Origin: an uncultured Anaerolineales bacterium
GTDB taxonomy: Bacteria; Chloroflexota; Anaerolineae; B4-G1
Direction of reading: 5' to 3'
Length of the DNA stretch: 43,955 nucleotides
NCBI GenBank assembly: GCA_964509655.1
Contig: CAZDYW010000002.1
Location: 1 to 43,955, forward strand
Part shown: one piece after another, positions 40,980 through 43,955 of the stretch
How positions within the stretch are numbered: position 1 is the stretch's first letter
How the letters are laid out: every line of letters starts with the position of its first letter
Position numbers and translations under genes: made by a program
Notes under the pieces: model-generated
The model's database searches: none
The model's input: the letters and a program-made list of their open reading frames with translations, nothing else
Told to the model about the DNA's origin: nothing

Positions 40980-41007
40980 ATTATACAATGTTTCAGAGAT
41001 ACAGCAA
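40980..41007 (-). promoter_or_regulatory. candidate promoter firing toward the hairpin and cinA
   Basis: Minus strand: TTGCTG (41007..41002), 16-nt spacer, TATAAT (40985..40980). Confidence 0.4.
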
Positions 41008-41121
41008 GCATAGCTTCTTTCCCCATCGCTTCATGTGCACAGCAGGCCCTCCCATGGTATACTTTCAAATTGACGAATCGTTGTGACGCCAAAACTATGT
41101 AACGGGAGAAGAGCTGTAAGG

Positions 41122-43785
41122 ATGAATGAATTGACACGTCACTACCGCTTGGCCTTCGAGAATCTAATTACTCATATCTCCACCAATTTCATCAATTTAC
41201 CCCCCCAGGAGATCGACAAGGGCATCAATCACGCCCTGGAGGACGTAGGCCAGTTTATGGAAGTCGACCGTAGCTACGTTTTCTTGTTCTCTGAGGATAA
41301 GACCACGCTTCACAACACTCACGAATGGTGCGCCGATGGCATTATGCCTCAGATCCAACGGATGCAGGATGTGCCGGTGGAGGCCTTGCACTGGTCAAAT
41401 GAGGTATTGATGCGCGGCGAAGCGCTGCACATCCCGCGTGTGGCCGATATGCCGCCAGAGGCAGCCGCCGAACACGAGGAGTTCCAAGGCCAAGGCATCC
41501 AATCACTCATCGCCGCGCCGATGGTCTATCAAGGAGAAACTATCGGCCTGCTGGGATTCGACGCAGTGCGCACAGAAAAGGAATGGACTGCGAGCGACAT
41601 CAAGCTGCTCAAAACCTTGGGAGCCATCTTCGTCAATGCGCTGGAGCGCAAAAGGGCAGACGAAGCCCTACAGGAGAGCCGACGTATGCTCTCGACTCTG
41701 ATCGGCAACTTGCCCGGCATGGCCTATCGCTGCCAAAACGATTCGGATTGGACGATGGAATTCGTCAGCGAGGGCAGCCTGGAACTCACAGGCTATACTC
41801 CCGAAGAGTTAATCGAAAACTGTGAGGTAGCCTACGGCCAATTGATCCATCCGGCTGACAAAGAGGCAGTGCGGGAGAAAGTGCGAGCAGCGTTGAGGCA
41901 CCATAAGCACTTCGAGATCACCTACCGCCTACTCACACCAGCCGGTGAAAAGTGGGTCTGGGAACGAGGGCAAGGCGTGTATGCTCCAGATGGAAAACTG
42001 GAGGCGGTGGAGGGATTCATCACCGATATCACCGAGCGCGTGACAGCTCGCCAGAATCTAGAGCAACGTGTGGCGGAACGCACGCACGAACTCGCCACTC
42101 TATTGGAAATCTCCCACAACACAGTCTCCACGCTGGAGTTAGAGCCCTTGCTAGGGCTGACTCTGGAGCATCTGGGGCAAGTCGTGGCCTACGACGCCGC
42201 CTCTACAATGATCCTGGAAGATGACTCGCTGAAGATCGTGGCCTATCGTGGCCCGATACCACATCAAGAGGCGCTGGAGCTGAGCTTCCCGATAGATGAA
42301 GCGGAGGCCAACCGCGCGGTGATTCAGAGCCGAGAACCGATCATCATCGATGATGTCCAAAGCGACGAGCCCTTGGCGCGTGCTCTCCGAGAGACCGCCG
42401 GCGAGGAATTGAACACCACATACGGTTATATCCGAGCCTGGATGGGTGTACCGCTGGTGGTCAAGGATCAGGTATTGGGAATGCTGACCCTTGATCACAA
42501 CGAGCCGCGCTATTATACCGCTGAGCATGCAGAACTGGCCTTGGCCTTCGCCAACCAGGTCGCGGTGGCTATCGACAACGCCCGTCTCTACGAGGCGGAA
42601 CAGGAGCGCCTGGAGGAAAGCGAACAGCGGCGTAAAGTGGCCGAGGGGCTGCGCGATGTGCTGGCCATCCTCAACTCAGACCTTCCACTCGACGAAATTT
42701 TGGACTACATCACCGCCCAGGCCTGTCGGCTGCTCAATTCAGAAGCGGGCGTCGCCTATCAAATAGATATGGAGGATGAGCTGATTGAGATAGAGGCCGC
42801 CTGTAACATGCCGGATGGCTTTTTGGACATCGGCTCCTTGCCCCTCCTGGATACGGAGCCGAACCGGACGGTCTTGAACGGACAGCCTTTCGCCACCTCA
42901 GATCTCCAAATTCGGCTAGCGAACATAGATGAGGAGATGCTCCAAGTGGACCCCAGCGTGGGAATGTGGCGAAAAATAGTCGGCGAGCATTTCCAATCCT
43001 ACCTCTCCGTGCCCATCTTGATCAAAGAACAAGTTTACGGCGCTATCTCTCTTTTCTACACTCAGCGCCATGAGTTCTCCAAAGAAGAGATCGATCTGGT
43101 AGTCACACTCGCCGATCAAGCTGCCCTCGCCATCGCCAACGCTCGGTTACGCATCAAGGCCCAAAAAAGCGCAGCCGCCGCCGAGCGCAGCCGACTGGCC
43201 CGCGATCTGCACGACGCAGTCACACAGACACTCTTTTCCTCCAGCCTCATCGCCGAAGTGCTGCCCCGCATATGGGAGGCGAACCCAGAAGAAGGCCGCC
43301 GCCGCCTGGAGGAACTGCGCGAGCTTACGCGCGGAGCGTTGGCCGAGATGCGGACGCTGCTCCTAGAGCTGCGCCCCGCCGCCCTCGTCGACGCCAAGCT
43401 GAGCGATCTGATCCATCAACTGGCCGACTCCATCACCGGTCGAGCGCGAGTGCCGGTCAGCGTGGAGGTGGAGGGCAATTGTGATTTGTCGGTGGAGGTC
43501 AAGGTCGCCCTATACCGGATCGCCCAGGAAGCGCTGAATAATGTGGCCAAACACGCCGACGCCACGCAGGCAACGGTGAGTTTACACTGTCACTCAGACC
43601 ATCAAACAGATCATGTCAAATTGTGCATTTGCGACGATGGGACTGGGTTCGACTTGAAAAGCTTGCCGCCGGACAGCCTAGGGCTGGGCATTATGCGCGA
43701 GCGCGCCGAGACAGTCGAAGCTATGTTGTCCATTAAAAGCGTGCCAGGTGAAGGGACAGAGGTTGAGGTTGAGGTTGAGGTTTAA
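41122..43785 (+). CDS. cytoplasmic multi-sensor histidine kinase (GAF-PAS-GAF-GAF-HisKA_3-HATPase_c)
   Basis: The track ORF begins at GTG 41083; ATG 41122 (MNELTRHY) is the likelier start. No TM segments seen. PAS block LPGMAYRCQNDSDWTMEFVSEGSLELTGYTPEEL, three GAF-like blocks, H-box ERSRLARDLHDAVTQTLFS, and ATPase motifs EALNNVAKHA, DDGTGF, GLGIMRERA. Confidence 0.85.
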   Translation: MNELTRHYRLAFENLITHISTNFINLPPQEIDKGINHALEDVGQFMEVDRSYVFLFSEDKTTLHNTHEWCADGIMPQIQRMQDVPVEALHWSNEVLMRGEALHIPRVADMPPEAAAEHEEFQGQGIQSLIAAPMVYQGETIGLLGFDAVRTEKEWTASDIKLLKTLGAIFVNALERKRADEALQESRRMLSTLIGNLPGMAYRCQNDSDWTMEFVSEGSLELTGYTPEELIENCEVAYGQLIHPADKEAVREKVRAALRHHKHFEITYRLLTPAGEKWVWERGQGVYAPDGKLEAVEGFITDITERVTARQNLEQRVAERTHELATLLEISHNTVSTLELEPLLGLTLEHLGQVVAYDAASTMILEDDSLKIVAYRGPIPHQEALELSFPIDEAEANRAVIQSREPIIIDDVQSDEPLARALRETAGEELNTTYGYIRAWMGVPLVVKDQVLGMLTLDHNEPRYYTAEHAELALAFANQVAVAIDNARLYEAEQERLEESEQRRKVAEGLRDVLAILNSDLPLDEILDYITAQACRLLNSEAGVAYQIDMEDELIEIEAACNMPDGFLDIGSLPLLDTEPNRTVLNGQPFATSDLQIRLANIDEEMLQVDPSVGMWRKIVGEHFQSYLSVPILIKEQVYGAISLFYTQRHEFSKEEIDLVVTLADQAALAIANARLRIKAQKSAAAAERSRLARDLHDAVTQTLFSSSLIAEVLPRIWEANPEEGRRRLEELRELTRGALAEMRTLLLELRPAALVDAKLSDLIHQLADSITGRARVPVSVEVEGNCDLSVEVKVALYRIAQEALNNVAKHADATQATVSLHCHSDHQTDHVKLCICDDGTGFDLKSLPPDSLGLGIMRERAETVEAMLSIKSVPGEGTEVEVEVEV

Positions 43786-43795
43786 GGTTGAGGTT
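43759..43795 (+). repeat. hexanucleotide tandem repeat (GAGGTT)4 + TAAGGTT + GAGGTT spanning the kinase stop codon
   Basis: Read directly: four perfect copies at 43759..43782 encode the (EV)4 tail. The TAA stop (43783..43785) lies in a degenerate copy, and one more copy is at 43790..43795. Confidence 0.9.
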
Positions 43796-43871
43796 AAGTC
43801 ACACCACCAGGAATTCCAGCACCAGATCTTCAAGCTGGTGCATACAAAAACAATGAGAGGAAATGAGGAGC

Positions 43872-43955
43872 TATGATGGAATCAAATGTCATCCGCGTGT
43901 TGTTAGTCGATGATCACAAAGTAGTGCGCAGTGGGTTAGGGGCCTTCTTGATGGC
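43872..43955 (+). CDS. NarL-family response regulator, 5' fragment (runs off the window)
   Basis: ATG 43872 with GAGGAG 3 nt upstream. Translation MMESNVIRVLLVDDHKVVRSGLGAFLM is a receiver-domain N-terminus. Confidence 0.75.

Noticed and set aside
43759-43795. The GAGGTT repeat considered as a CRISPR array or transposon end.
   Set aside because: The unit length is 6 nt with no spacers and no flanking transposase or cas genes. It is a simple in-frame microsatellite.
1-43955. Search by eye for rRNA, tRNA, CRISPR arrays, IS elements or integrases, prophage or defence genes.
   Set aside because: None found. Every intergenic gap is 310 nt or shorter, and none showed tRNA-like cloverleaf ends or repeat-spacer periodicity. 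A tRNAscan/Infernal run would be needed to exclude small RNAs formally.

Overview
This is a 44-kb bacterial chromosomal segment with no rRNA, tRNA, CRISPR or mobile elements that I could see. Protein signatures (S12 and EF-Tu insertions, frequent GTG/TTG starts) suggest a Chloroflexota-like Terrabacterium, but that is inference only.

(1) 13.8-38.9 kb, minus strand: one contiguous translation/transcription super-operon, rpoB-rpsL-rpsG-fusA-tuf-S10 block-spc block-secY-map-rpmJ-alpha block-truA-rplM-rpsI. It is closed by a clean intrinsic terminator. rpoC, adk and infA are absent from their usual positions. RpoB carries a ~135-aa repeat-containing insertion.

(2) 4.6-12.2 kb, minus strand: the most interesting part, an operon hdrC-hdrB-hdrA-mvhD-[4Fe-4S protein]-fdhA-ferritin-like. 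The ORF track splits both hdrA and fdhA in two. In each case the halves are in frame, separated only by one TGA at the known Cys/Sec position, and followed by a SECIS-like hairpin with a GGUC(U) apical loop. I therefore read both as selenocysteine codons, not pseudogenes. Together these genes look like a cytoplasmic, formate-linked Hdr/MvhD-type (flavin-based electron-bifurcation-like) module in a bacterium, with an unknown disulfide substrate.

(3) Flanks:
- DUF4230-like protein and a Zn-alcohol dehydrogenase (0.1-1.9 kb, plus strand).
- A NarL-type two-component system plus a small gene with its own promoter (2.0-4.5 kb, minus strand).
- A TP-methylase/MazG fusion (12.3-13.7 kb, minus strand).
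- cinA-C/small ORF/tandem-GNAT operon (39.1-40.9 kb, minus strand).
- A GAF-PAS-GAF-GAF NarL-type histidine kinase and the start of its response regulator (41.1 kb to the window end, plus strand).

All functional calls come from reading motifs by eye. No database search was run.
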